Shown: positions 36,215 through 45,728, numbered from the stretch's first letter. The stretch is DNA of 57,936 bases from an uncultured delta proteobacterium (GCA_903845045.1 CAIMWA010000277.1:1-57936); one strand, 5' to 3'. The notes: generated by a model from the sequence alone, not told the origin. Made by a program: numbers and translations.

Positions 36215-36262
36215 GACATTCTCCGTGGATATCAGTTACGGTTCACACCGCCACTTGCTTGG

Positions 36263-36844
36263 TTAAACGCGACCGCCGCGAACGTCGGCGAGAGTCTTCT
36301 GGGTCATGACGTTGGCGAAAGCGTCCTCGGACATTTTGCCTTCGAACAGCGCCTTGAGTTCGTCTGCGCCACTGTTGGGCTGCGCGAACAGGTCGAAGCG
36401 ATTGGACGAACCGGCGACCGGCTGCGTCGGCGGATGGAGTTTCTCGAAAGCGATGGCCGCGACCTCGTGGTCAGCGATGCCGCGCTTCTCCATAAACTCT
36501 TCGATCTTCTGGACGCCCTCGTCGTTCCAGCCTTCGCGGCGCAGGGTCGACCGGCCCTTCTCCCATTCGGAGCGGGCGTTGGCGGAAACCTTCTCGGCCT
36601 CCCGGGCGGCCTTTTCTTCAGCGCGCTCCTGGCGGAACGCGGTGAGTTCGGCCTGGAGCGCTGCCGACGCTTCGAGAGCGGGCTGCACGGCGTCAAGCTC
36701 GGGGATCGAGACACTGGGGTCGTTCAGCTTCTGAAGTTCCAGGACCTTGGTGCGGGTCTTGGGGTTCTGAAGCATCTTCGCGACCGTGGAGTTCACGGCG
36801 CGGAGACGGGCCAGTTCGCCCTCGTCAATGTCCACGAGTGCCAT
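36263..36844 (-). CDS. Putative scaffolding protein
   Basis: Charged helical protein immediately upstream of capsid. Confidence 0.7.
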   Translation of the reverse strand: MALVDIDEGELARLRAVNSTVAKMLQNPKTRTKVLELQKLNDPSVSIPELDAVQPALEASAALQAELTAFRQERAEEKAAREAEKVSANARSEWEKGRSTLRREGWNDEGVQKIEEFMEKRGIADHEVAAIAFEKLHPPTQPVAGSSNRFDLFAQPNSGADELKALFEGKMSEDAFANVMTQKTLADVRGGRV

Positions 36845-36846
36845 GG

Positions 36847-37014
36847 TCAGCCCCGGCTCGGGATGTGGCTGATCGTCAGTTCACCGCCCTTGGCGCCGTT
36901 CGGGATGTGATCCTTGCGACCGCCGATGTCGATCTGATCCATGGGAACGCGGACGGTCTGGCTGTCCGGGGTCTTCGGGATCGACTTGGTGGGGTTCTGG
37001 AAGACGTTCGCCAT
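36847..37014 (-). CDS. small hypothetical protein (55 aa)
   Basis: AAGGA RBS; MANVFQNPTKSIPKTPDSQTVRVPMDQ; below ORF-track cutoff. Confidence 0.65.
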   Translation of the reverse strand: MANVFQNPTKSIPKTPDSQTVRVPMDQIDIGGRKDHIPNGAKGGELTISHIPSRG

Positions 37015-37025
37015 GGGACTGATCC

Positions 37026-37442
37026 TTACGCGGCGGGAGGGGGTACGGGAGCGCCGGAGGGCGCACCGGGAGGCGGGGGAGCGCCGGGGGCGCCGCGCAT
37101 CGCGGCGATCTGCGGCCCCATCTGGCGCTGCTTCGCGAGCATTTGTTCCATGGAGGTCTGGGTTACCCCTGGAGACACGGCACCCGGCGGCACGTACTTG
37201 CCGAGGTCCGTCATGGCCTTCATCAGTATCCGCCCCGGCTCAGTGTGCGCGCCGAGCATCGGCAGCGCCTTCGCCATGAGGTTGACGACAACACCCAGTT
37301 GAGCGATGCCCGAAGCCTCGTTGCCCCTGTTGGGGGTCGGAACAGAGGTCGGGGAGGAACCGAACGGCGGCTGACCCGGCTGCGTTCCGGCTCCGACAGG
37401 AGCAGCACCGGGCTGCTCAGACTGGGGGTTATCTTCCGGCAT
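37026..37442 (-). CDS. Pro/Gln-rich hypothetical protein
   Basis: Likely start MPEDNPQ; head-gene cluster. Confidence 0.7.
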   Translation of the reverse strand: MPEDNPQSEQPGAAPVGAGTQPGQPPFGSSPTSVPTPNRGNEASGIAQLGVVVNLMAKALPMLGAHTEPGRILMKAMTDLGKYVPPGAVSPGVTQTSMEQMLAKQRQMGPQIAAMRGAPGAPPPPGAPSGAPVPPPAA

Positions 37443-37450
37443 CGGTGGAA

Positions 37451-37489
37451 TTACTTCCGGCCGTGCTTGCGGGTCCGACGAGCGCGCAT
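37451..37489 (-). CDS. 12-aa basic micropeptide MRARRTRKHGRK
   Basis: GGAGA about 7 nt upstream of ATG, TAA stop, 8 of 12 residues basic. Confidence 0.5.
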   Translation of the reverse strand: MRARRTRKHGRK

Positions 37490-37684
37490 GGGATTTCTCC
37501 AATGTTCGGGGTTGCAGACTACCCGGGGTCCTCTTTCAGCCGCCTGCCGACCGCTTACACGACGACGAGACAACTGCCTGGGCGCGCTCATTTCCGGGCC
37601 TTAACCTCTTGACTTCAATCTTCTTGGTGTGACAAAAACGCCGGTAGCTAACCCAGACGGCCAAGCGCGTGCAGGAGTAAACAA

Positions 37685-37891
37685 ATGGAAGTTCTGACAT
37701 TTCCGGATTGGATGAAGCCGCGAGCGGCGGCCGAGTTCTGTGGGGTGTCAGAGGCCACGCTCCGTCGGCTTCGCCAATCGGGCGAGGGGCCTGTTTACGT
37801 GAAGCTGAAACGACGGTTCATGTACGAAACGTCAGAGCTTAAACTGTGGATACAGAAAAACACCGTCAAACCAACGAGAGCGCAGCCATGA
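37685..37891 (+). CDS. AlpA/excisionase-like winged HTH protein
   Basis: AGGAG RBS; AAAEFCGVSEATLRRLR..GEGPVYVKL...Y...L..WI. Confidence 0.85.
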   Translation: MEVLTFPDWMKPRAAAEFCGVSEATLRRLRQSGEGPVYVKLKRRFMYETSELKLWIQKNTVKPTRAQP

Positions 37892-38211
37892 ACGACATTT
37901 ACGTATTGACCGTCACGTATGGCCCGGCCGGAACGCAAACGAGCCTGTTTTTCCGGGACCGTGCGAAGGCCGAAAAGTACCTCGAACCTGCCGCCGAAGA
38001 GCCCGCGTTCATGGAAGTGGTCGACGACTTCGGTTCACGGCTGCTGGTCGCCGATCTGACTTCGATCGGCGTCACGAGCATGGAGCAGTCGCTCAACGTC
38101 CAAGTCGAGCAGACTGTGCTCCAGCAGGCGGCGCAGGCTAAGGCCCAACGCCGGGTTGCGGCCATTCCGTCGCTCGGACGGCCGGCGGGCGTACCGGCCT
38201 TCAACGGCTAA
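37888..38211 (+). CDS. hypothetical protein
   Basis: ATGA overlap with HTH gene. Confidence 0.65.
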   Translation: MNDIYVLTVTYGPAGTQTSLFFRDRAKAEKYLEPAAEEPAFMEVVDDFGSRLLVADLTSIGVTSMEQSLNVQVEQTVLQQAAQAKAQRRVAAIPSLGRPAGVPAFNG

Positions 38212-38768
38212 GGTTCGGGGGGTTTCGCGGGCGGCAATGCGGGCCGCCCGCCCTTCCGTCGCTGTATTTCGTTCAGAACTTCTGGCAGATCAACGGCGAG
38301 GCTTCGCGCCATTGAGTCCTCGGGCAGTTCCCCTTTCAGCGCCGACAAGCAGAACGACATGCGGACCAGATGGATGGTGAGCATGTCTATCGTACGCTCC
38401 GCGTCTTCCATCTCAAGCCGCGCTTGGTCTTTGGCGTTCTCCGAGTCGCGCAACGCTTTTTCGACAGCGAGCAATCGTTGCTGCATCTGCATCACTGAGG
38501 CAGAAGCGCCGCCGCTCGAACCAGATAGTTCGACCAACTTACCTTGAAGGTGGTCGTTCTTGTCTTCGAGTTCTTTTATGCGGGAGCGAAGGTCTTGCCG
38601 GTCTTTGACGCTTTGGTCAAAGAGTTTGTCGGTGTTTACGTCGACTTTGACTTTCCGGAACGTCTGCCAGAGCCACATCCCCAGAGCCCCCGCCCCGAGG
38701 ATCACGGGGCCGGCTGACGGAGCGTCAGTGGGGATAAGGTCGGTTCCTACCACGGCCCGGGCTCCCAT
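38208..38768 (-). CDS. Single-TM coiled-coil protein
   Basis: VILGAGALGMWLW followed by long heptad-like region. Confidence 0.7.
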   Translation of the reverse strand: MGARAVVGTDLIPTDAPSAGPVILGAGALGMWLWQTFRKVKVDVNTDKLFDQSVKDRQDLRSRIKELEDKNDHLQGKLVELSGSSGGASASVMQMQQRLLAVEKALRDSENAKDQARLEMEDAERTIDMLTIHLVRMSFCLSALKGELPEDSMARSLAVDLPEVLNEIQRRKGGRPALPPAKPPEP

Positions 38769-39444
38769 GCGAATAGAGCCACGTTAGGATGGTTGTCCCG
38801 GCGGCGATGCAAATGGCAGCGAAAGACAGCAAGAAAGAAAAACGATCCCAGAACTCAGTCAATATGTCATCGACATAGTCCCCCGTCCCGATCATCAGGT
38901 GCCAAGGCGCAAAGCCCTCAGCGTAAGACACCTTCAAACGGGGACGGGGAGAAGCACCCCCCGCGTCCCATTTGTAAGAGTAAAATCCGCCGCCGCTTTT
39001 AGCAAGGCTTACCCCAGCCTGCACGTATTTTACTCCGTCAGAAGACACTGCGTCGTAGCGATTGACTCCGACAAGATCGGGACGAACTCGGTTCACCTGA
39101 AGGGTATACTCTCCCGGCTTTTCGTATGAATACACAAAGACATAATTGTTGGCGCTGCCGTAGGTCATATGGCTGATCGTTGTCAGCGCCGCCCCACGCG
39201 CTTCGCTCTCTGTCATCTTCGCGTTCATGAATTGATTGTAGTAAAACCACGTCACGTTGACCGCGGCTTCGACTATGCTTTGCGACTTCACCATGCGGGC
39301 GTCTAATTGCGCCGTGCGCAATTCAGCCAACCCAAAGGCCGAGGCAAGCAGGGCGACGAGGGTCGAGATCGCGAGAACCACGGAGCCCCGCGTGGGCGCC
39401 GTGAGATGGGCAAAGGTTTCGGGGATTTGGAGGATGGCGCGCAT
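38725..39444 (-). CDS. Membrane protein with periplasmic single Cache (sCache_2) domain
   Basis: TM1; SEARGAALTTISHMTYG, YVFVY, PDLVGVN, DGVKYV, GGGFYSYKW, KVSYA..FAPW..MIGTGDYVDDI; TM2; GGAGG RBS. Confidence 0.85.
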   Translation of the reverse strand: MRAILQIPETFAHLTAPTRGSVVLAISTLVALLASAFGLAELRTAQLDARMVKSQSIVEAAVNVTWFYYNQFMNAKMTESEARGAALTTISHMTYGSANNYVFVYSYEKPGEYTLQVNRVRPDLVGVNRYDAVSSDGVKYVQAGVSLAKSGGGFYSYKWDAGGASPRPRLKVSYAEGFAPWHLMIGTGDYVDDILTEFWDRFSFLLSFAAICIAAGTTILTWLYSHGSPGRGRNRPYPH

Positions 39445-39563
39445 GGCAGGAGGCCTTAGTCGTCCAGACGGGCTACAGGCCAGTGGCCGAGCGCCACCAG
39501 CACCCTATCCTCTGCCGCCGCGCCCGCCGCGTCAACCCTAACCCCGCCGGCAGCGGGCCGGGC

Positions 39564-41255
39564 CTACTTCTTGCCCTTGCCCCCTTTGTCGAGAAGTTCG
39601 GGGTGCTCGCGGAGCATCTGCTCTTTTTTCTGCTGGGCTTCGCGCCAGCGGGCTTTGAGCACGTCTTTCTCAGGGAACGGCAGCATGTCGATCGCGCTGT
39701 CCCCCTGGATAATGCCGGCCTTGAGGCCGAAGCTGACGAGGTCTTTGTGGCTGTCCTCGTAGATCGGCGAGGCGCTATGGCTGTCGACGGTGACGTGCCG
39801 ATCGTCAGGCAGTTGGGACAGGGTGAACTCACGCACCGTCGCCTCGGACAGCGCTGTGCGGTACACCGTGGCGTCCTTGGCCTGCATCAGATCGAGGGTG
39901 CGATCGGCGGCGTCGGCGCACTGGCGCTCGATCAGCAGCGCGCGGTCTCTCAGGCGTGGCGAGCCAGTTTTGAGCAGGGTCTCGGCGTGGACGCCGGCCC
40001 GCACGCCGCTCTCGCCCTGGCCCGACATGACGCCGCTGAAACCGCTCACGTCGTTCATTAGCTTGATCGTCAGTTCAACCATCTTCAAGGCGTCGGGCGG
40101 CAACGCCGGGGTGAGATCGTTGACCCGGGCGCCAGGGTTGAGGCTGATCGCGCCGCTGGTCTGGAGCTGGTCGTACAGTTCATCGGCGACGCCTTCGTAA
40201 CCCTCAAAGGCCAGCACCTTACGGAACTGGACGCCGAGCACCTGACGAATGTCTTCGAGCATCCGCGACAGCAACCCCTGCGGCTCCATGAGGTCTTCGA
40301 TCTCAGAACGCCCCCAGAAATTGCCGGGAGAATGGTTCGACTGGATCAACGAGTAGGGGAGCGTCTGCGGCACAAACAGGTTTTGCTTCTTGAGGCGGCT
40401 AGAGATCAGGATGTCAGGCTCAAGAACGATCAGCGTACAATAGTCGCCGACACCGTCGCCCATATCTTCGTCGCGCACCCACAGTTCGTGGTACTTGACG
40501 GTGTCAACTGCGATTTCAGCGCCGCTCATCGGGAACGCGGCGGCATTCGCAAGCTGCACGATGCCGCCCGGCCGCGTCGAAGTGTTCGACATGTCAGTGT
40601 TGAGCACTGAGGTCGAAAGGACTTGATGGAAAAAGCTATCCATCGTCGCACCGTCAGAACCTTTACTCGCGTGCGCCATGATACGACGGTACAAACCCTC
40701 GGCGCCGTCCATATGGCTAATGCGGCGCCACACTTCGGCGGCCGTCATGTAACCGCTTTCACAAACAGCTTCCTGATCGCCGAGCCCCGTGAGTTCTTCG
40801 TTGTAAACCCCGAACTGCCAGGGCATCAGCAACCTAGCCTCAACGCCAGCGTGACCCATGCCTTGCTTGAGGATAGCCGCACCGTGCGCGTTCGACACAG
40901 TGACCCCAGAGGCGAAAACCATGTCGATATCGCGGCGTTCCCACGTGCGCGTCAACTGCCGCGCGGCGGTGTCAGCCATCAACAAGAACGGCTTTTCGTA
41001 ATGGTGATCGTAGTCGATCGAAAAGCGCAGCGAAGTCGGCGAGAAAAGGTGCGAAGACAAGCGGTCAACGTGCGAGTAAAGCATGTTGATGAGAGAGCGC
41101 TGCATACCGCCCGCGCTAGCAGCCGCAGAACCGGTTTCGATCCAAGAATTGTAAACTTTCGCCGCAGCGACACGGCGCTGTTGGCTCGCCATGCACGCTT
41201 CGATCACGTCTTTGGCTTTGCGGGTCAAAGCGTCGGTCTTGCTGGGAAGTATCAT
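39564..41255 (-). CDS. Portal protein
   Basis: 563 aa after terminase; FWGRSEIEDL, VMSGQGESGVRAG. Confidence 0.85.
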   Translation of the reverse strand: MILPSKTDALTRKAKDVIEACMASQQRRVAAAKVYNSWIETGSAAASAGGMQRSLINMLYSHVDRLSSHLFSPTSLRFSIDYDHHYEKPFLLMADTAARQLTRTWERRDIDMVFASGVTVSNAHGAAILKQGMGHAGVEARLLMPWQFGVYNEELTGLGDQEAVCESGYMTAAEVWRRISHMDGAEGLYRRIMAHASKGSDGATMDSFFHQVLSTSVLNTDMSNTSTRPGGIVQLANAAAFPMSGAEIAVDTVKYHELWVRDEDMGDGVGDYCTLIVLEPDILISSRLKKQNLFVPQTLPYSLIQSNHSPGNFWGRSEIEDLMEPQGLLSRMLEDIRQVLGVQFRKVLAFEGYEGVADELYDQLQTSGAISLNPGARVNDLTPALPPDALKMVELTIKLMNDVSGFSGVMSGQGESGVRAGVHAETLLKTGSPRLRDRALLIERQCADAADRTLDLMQAKDATVYRTALSEATVREFTLSQLPDDRHVTVDSHSASPIYEDSHKDLVSFGLKAGIIQGDSAIDMLPFPEKDVLKARWREAQQKKEQMLREHPELLDKGGKGKK

Positions 41256-41351
41256 GGCGAGTTCTCCGGGGCGGCTCCGGTATCCATAACGCAGAAAACG
41301 AACGGGCGCGAGACTTTCGTCCCGCGCCCGCCGGCCTTGCCGCTCTGAGCC

Positions 41352-41888
41352 TTAACCGCCCCTCGCCACGCCGACGTTGCCGGCCGCCGTGACCTTGGCG
41401 GCGTTCGACCAGTGCGTCGACTTCATCGGGTCGATCATCGAGCCCCCGACGCCCGCGTACGGCCCGGTTTTTGTCGACCTAGCGTATTCGAGCCCTTGCT
41501 CTGCGGAGATCACACCGGTCGCCCCGCCCGTGCGCTGCATGAAGTCGCTCACCTCGTTGCGGGCGACGACGTTTGAGGTCTCGCCGGCCCGCGCGTTGTC
41601 CTTGAGGTCAGTGATCTTGAGCGCTGACATCTCAGACACGTCGCAGCCGGCGGCCTCGGCTGCCATCTCGGCCCTGGCCGCCGAGGCGTTCTCCATCTGG
41701 CGGTAGACATTGTCCGCCACCTTGCCGATGGACTTGGCGATGTGCGGCGCGGCCATCTCGTGTGTGACCACGCCCATGTCGGCCCTGCACAGTTTGCAAT
41801 GCGTCGGCGGCGGCTCGTCGCGCTGCATGTGGAGGAACTCGAACCGACCGCCGCAGTCGGGGCACTCGTACGTGCGCATCACTGGCAT
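41352..41888 (-). CDS. FmdB-like zinc ribbon protein
   Basis: RTYECPDCGGRFE...CKLC. Confidence 0.75.
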   Translation of the reverse strand: MPVMRTYECPDCGGRFEFLHMQRDEPPPTHCKLCRADMGVVTHEMAAPHIAKSIGKVADNVYRQMENASAARAEMAAEAAGCDVSEMSALKITDLKDNARAGETSNVVARNEVSDFMQRTGGATGVISAEQGLEYARSTKTGPYAGVGGSMIDPMKSTHWSNAAKVTAAGNVGVARGG

Positions 41889-42001
41889 AACAACCAACTC
41901 CACAAAAGGGCCGACAAGATAAACGCGACGATGAACGGCGCGAACATAAACAGCCGCACCTTAACACTCCGCCTCGCGCGGCTCATAAACTTCGGCGTCA
42001 T
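41879..42001 (-). CDS. 40-aa membrane peptide
   Basis: MTPKFMSRARRSVKVRLFMFAPFIVAFILSALLWSWLLCQ. Confidence 0.45.
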   Translation of the reverse strand: MTPKFMSRARRSVKVRLFMFAPFIVAFILSALLWSWLLCQ

Positions 42002-42053
42002 CGCCTGAACCTTTGCAAACGGTAAATGCCGAGGTAAATACGCGCGTCGAGCG

Positions 42054-42200
42054 TCATTGCGCGGTCACGTGGAACGCCACCACGACCTTGAACACGACGA
42101 CGGCGAGCCCGATGGCTACGACCCACGCCGCAAACGCCCCGGCCAACGCCAACGCGCTATCACACCAGTCTTTGATCGCTCTGTACGTCTCGATTTTCAT
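42054..42200 (-). CDS. 48-aa membrane peptide
   Basis: ATGA overlap with terminase; LALAGAFAAWVVAIGLAVVVFKVVV. Confidence 0.55.
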   Translation of the reverse strand: MKIETYRAIKDWCDSALALAGAFAAWVVAIGLAVVVFKVVVAFHVTAQ

Positions 42201-44158
42201 CTCCGTTCCCTCGCCGCCTTACGCGCCGCCATCAGCATAGCGCGGCGCTCTTTGGACTTAGTAGCGAAAAACGAACTGAGTTGGTAGTTCGTAAACATAG
42301 ACATCTGGTCTTTGACGCTCAACCGCCGACGCTGAATTGAAATCTCGCGGGAAAGGCCGCGCGACACTAGGCTCGCGCGCTCATGCTGCTCCCAACACTT
42401 GACGGCCATAGCGGTTGAGTACACGCGATCGTCCCGCCTCATCCCAGGTGCTGCAATCGTGTCGCCATTGCGCACAACGTCGCGCATTTCTTCGACAAGT
42501 TCACGAGACCGAATGATCAGCGCCCCGCCGACGATAAAATCGCGCATCCGTTCAAGGATCATGACCTTGACGCTCGAACTCGTCTTCCAAGATATCGCAG
42601 TGCCTTGGCTCTGGGAGTCTACGCGCGAATAGTAAAAGTGCTTGACGTTGTTGAAGATATCTTTCAGCCCTTTTTCTTCGGCTTCTTTCTTCAGATAGCC
42701 TCGGGCCAGCAGGTTCTTCAGCGACTTGATCTCTTGGAGCACGGCGCTGCCGGGGCCGTTGATCTCGACCATGACACGGGAGTTTCTGTACCACCCCGCC
42801 AGCGACATAATGACCCAGGCGAATTGCTGCGGCCCGATGTCGGCGTTGGCGTACTCGGCCACCTGTTCAATCTTGTCGCTGTAGCAGCGGAACACTTCGC
42901 ACGCCGAGTTATTGTTCTTTTCGTCGTGGCCGTAGGCCGGGTCAGCGGCGATAACGTACACGCCGTCAATGTCTGGTTCCTCCCAGACGCGAAGCTGTTC
43001 CATTCGCTTGTTCGGCGCTTCACGCACAGAGCAAAAGATGAACTCGCTGCCTGGAAAGTACGTGTAGGATTTGAACTTGTTCGAGCACTGATCTGTCGTC
43101 AGGCTTTTGAGCGCATCAAGCGGGAAGAATGAGTTACCAGTTTGCAGGAACGCTTCATGCTCGGTCCAGGGATTTTCCTGCTGCGTTAATTCGTTAACGA
43201 TAAACGAAGAAACGTCTTCATCCTCGTCTACCGGCGCCGGGTTTGCTTGCCTCCTGTACCACGCGAGTTGTTCTTGCGTAACTTCAACGCCGTATACCTG
43301 CTTGACCTGCGCGATTTTGTCCTGTTCTTCTAGGTTCGGCGGTGCTGTCCCATACCTCTCGAACAGGGCGGTGCCCCGGTCGTACTTTTGGCTTTCTTTC
43401 GCCCACCACCCGATGAAAACAGCCCTCTGGCACAGGTCATCGGCCTGCGCCTCGTCCCACATGTCTTTCCAGACGTTGAAGCCGCGCGCCGTGGACTCCC
43501 AAATGAACAGTCGGTTGGGGTTTTCCTTCGCCATCGAGTTTTTCAGAGACTCGACGCCCTCCGGATTGTCCCAAGAACTGACTTCTGATGCCCAAATCAC
43601 GCTGTAACCGTCGCCTCGGCCTAGATTTCCCGATGATTTCGACGCTCGGACACCAGCGGCCAGCAGCGCGAGGCCCGAACGGTTCTCGAAGAACAATCCG
43701 TCACGGTTATCGTCAGTAATTCGGGGGAATTTATACTTCGGCGGCAGTTCAGCGATCATTGTCTTGAACTTACGCCGCGCAGAAGCGACGTGGGCGGCGT
43801 TATCGAAGATAACTGCGCCCTGCATACCGTCATGTATCCCCAACCAGAAGGCAATCAACGGCATTGTGACCGTCGAAATGCCTAACTGGCGGGACTTTAA
43901 GCACTTTACGTCGTGGATATCGTCGCTCAGAGCATCCCAAACGGCTCCGAGCATAACTTTCTGTGCGTTGTAGATGTTATCTGCCAGTCGCGTACCGCCG
44001 CCCGTCTCTTTCGAGTCGATTTTTACGTGCTTGAGGAAGCCGTAAAACGACGACTTGAATGCGTCCACCTTGTTCTTGTTCCACCGACCTGGCTTGATGA
44101 TGGCCTTGGGCTTTGGGACTTCGAACTTTGGCGTTGGTACGACAAGCGGCAGAGCCAT
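42197..44158 (-). CDS. terL: Terminase large subunit
   Basis: LKSRQLGIST, WASEV, WESTARG, YVIAADPAYG, VEING, DDRV. Confidence 0.92.
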   Translation of the reverse strand: MALPLVVPTPKFEVPKPKAIIKPGRWNKNKVDAFKSSFYGFLKHVKIDSKETGGGTRLADNIYNAQKVMLGAVWDALSDDIHDVKCLKSRQLGISTVTMPLIAFWLGIHDGMQGAVIFDNAAHVASARRKFKTMIAELPPKYKFPRITDDNRDGLFFENRSGLALLAAGVRASKSSGNLGRGDGYSVIWASEVSSWDNPEGVESLKNSMAKENPNRLFIWESTARGFNVWKDMWDEAQADDLCQRAVFIGWWAKESQKYDRGTALFERYGTAPPNLEEQDKIAQVKQVYGVEVTQEQLAWYRRQANPAPVDEDEDVSSFIVNELTQQENPWTEHEAFLQTGNSFFPLDALKSLTTDQCSNKFKSYTYFPGSEFIFCSVREAPNKRMEQLRVWEEPDIDGVYVIAADPAYGHDEKNNNSACEVFRCYSDKIEQVAEYANADIGPQQFAWVIMSLAGWYRNSRVMVEINGPGSAVLQEIKSLKNLLARGYLKKEAEEKGLKDIFNNVKHFYYSRVDSQSQGTAISWKTSSSVKVMILERMRDFIVGGALIIRSRELVEEMRDVVRNGDTIAAPGMRRDDRVYSTAMAVKCWEQHERASLVSRGLSREISIQRRRLSVKDQMSMFTNYQLSSFFATKSKERRAMLMAARKAARERR

Positions 44159-44159
44159 G

Positions 44160-44420
44160 TCACTCCCTCACGAGCATATAGCGGGCCGCGTCCAAGATGC
44201 CCAGCATCTCCATTTGGTCCGGATACGCCGCCGAGTACCCTACCGACAGGTCTTCCCTGCGGTAAGCCACGAGCAGCGCGCCTGGTTTTATCTCCCCCCT
44301 GTCGATACCCCGCAGCAGTTCGACAAGCACGTCGCGCGGCGTCCAATCCTTGGCGTCGTGGGACTTCCCCGCCCTGTGTTCGGCGAGGCTGACCGGAGCG
44401 TCGGCGAAGCTGTCCATCAC
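44160..44420 (-). CDS. hypothetical protein
   Basis: SLAEHRA...WTPRDVL; coupled to neighbours. Confidence 0.7.
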   Translation of the reverse strand: MMDSFADAPVSLAEHRAGKSHDAKDWTPRDVLVELLRGIDRGEIKPGALLVAYRREDLSVGYSAAYPDQMEMLGILDAARYMLVRE

Positions 44421-44560
44421 TTACCCCGCTTCGCGCCCTTCGCGGGGACCGGCGGCACGGGGCGGCCCGGAACGGGCGCACCAGTAGCGGCCTTGCCCTT
44501 CGGGTGGGTCGGAGCGGCCTTCGCAGGCACGCTCGGGGTCGTCGTCTTCTTGGTAGCCAT
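44420..44560 (-). CDS. small Lys/Pro-rich basic protein
   Basis: MATKKTTTPSVPAKAAP...GAKRGK, TAATG coupling. Confidence 0.55.
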
Positions 44561-44814
44561 TATCTCATCCTTCCAGTGTTGAAGCGGTCAGCGCCGCGGG
44601 AATTGGCCTCGAACTCGATGCCAGCCTTCTCGACCTCTGCCCGGGCGTAGGCCAGGAAACTCCCGGCGTCGGGCTTGGTCCCTACCATCATGCCGTCAAT
44701 GGCGGGGGCGTCGCCAGGGGGAACCACGAGAAAAGCGCCGCCGAACTCGCCCTCGTTCCTGTCGATCCGATCGGCCATGGCTCGGAACTTGGCGGAGATG
44801 TCGGCGTTACTCAT
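44560..44814 (-). CDS. hypothetical protein
   Basis: GGAGG RBS, coupled. Confidence 0.7.
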   Translation of the reverse strand: MSNADISAKFRAMADRIDRNEGEFGGAFLVVPPGDAPAIDGMMVGTKPDAGSFLAYARAEVEKAGIEFEANSRGADRFNTGRMR

Positions 44815-45316
44815 TGGGCCGCACCTCCGCGAAGACTTGAAACTCTTGGCCTGCCTCGTACTCGGTGGACAAGGTCACCAACCAGGACCGGACCCGCCGC
44901 AAGTAGCCTTCGGCCAACAGCCGATCCAACAGGGCGCTCTTCGTAATATCGCCTTTCGCGAGCGTGTCGAAGTCAACGTCCCGGAGAGCCTCGTACAGCC
45001 CGTCCACCCACTCGCTGTCTCTCTCCACGACGACGAGGGCGCCAGCCGGGACCGTCGGTTGCGGCGGGCGCGGGGGCGGCACGGGGCGCTCGACGACCAC
45101 GGCGCGAGGCTGGACTTCGACGGGCGGCGCCGGGCTTTCCCAGCCCAGGCACGACTCGCCTCCGAACTCGGCGCGCGCCGCAGCCAGGGCGACGTAGTCG
45201 ACGCCAGACACCTTGTGCCGGGCCAGGACCGCGGCGATGGCTTCCTTGCCGGCCCGCACGTCGGGGTCGTCGGCAGAGACTCGCGGCGCCTCGGCCGCTG
45301 ACACAAATCCGCTCAT
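44807..45316 (-). CDS. hypothetical protein
   Basis: ATGA coupling. Confidence 0.6.
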   Translation of the reverse strand: MSGFVSAAEAPRVSADDPDVRAGKEAIAAVLARHKVSGVDYVALAAARAEFGGESCLGWESPAPPVEVQPRAVVVERPVPPPRPPQPTVPAGALVVVERDSEWVDGLYEALRDVDFDTLAKGDITKSALLDRLLAEGYLRRVRSWLVTLSTEYEAGQEFQVFAEVRPNE

Positions 45317-45549
45317 TTCATGCTGTCCACTTTGTCGAGGTACGAGTGGTTGTATTTGTCTTTGATGTGGCGGTGGATCGCCGAGCCAATCGACGAAGCG
45401 CTGACGACGCGGTCGGCGACTTGGGCGGGGACGCCGACATACTCGACGAGATTGCCGTTCTGGTACTCGACGACAAGCCGCTCGTCGTCGGGGTCGTAGC
45501 CCAGGGCAGCGACATGCGACGAGAATACGGACTTCATGCTAAGCGCCAT
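45313..45549 (-). CDS. KTSC domain protein
   Basis: VFSSHVAALGYD...LVVEYQNG..VEYVGVP...ASSIG...HIKDKY. Confidence 0.88.
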   Translation of the reverse strand: MALSMKSVFSSHVAALGYDPDDERLVVEYQNGNLVEYVGVPAQVADRVVSASSIGSAIHRHIKDKYNHSYLDKVDSMK

Positions 45550-45728
45550 TAGTTGAGTCTCCCTCTCACAAACCTCGCCCACAACTCCTCACGGATGTCG
45601 TTTTCCGCCTGGAGCAGCCCCACTAACCGCGCTTGAACCTCTTCGATCAGAGCCATCTGGTTGACTTGCATCGCGGCTAAGGCCGCGCGCAACTGGGCGT
45701 CACTCATGGCCTCGAGCGGCAGCGCCAT
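45549..45728 (-). CDS. small hypothetical protein
   Basis: GAGGAGG RBS before MALPLE. Confidence 0.55.
   Translation of the reverse strand: MALPLEAMSDAQLRAALAAMQVNQMALIEEVQARLVGLLQAENDIREELWARFVRGRLN

Noticed and set aside
35387-36910. 507-aa + strand ORF
   Set aside because: Antisense shadow of the codon-biased capsid and scaffold genes.
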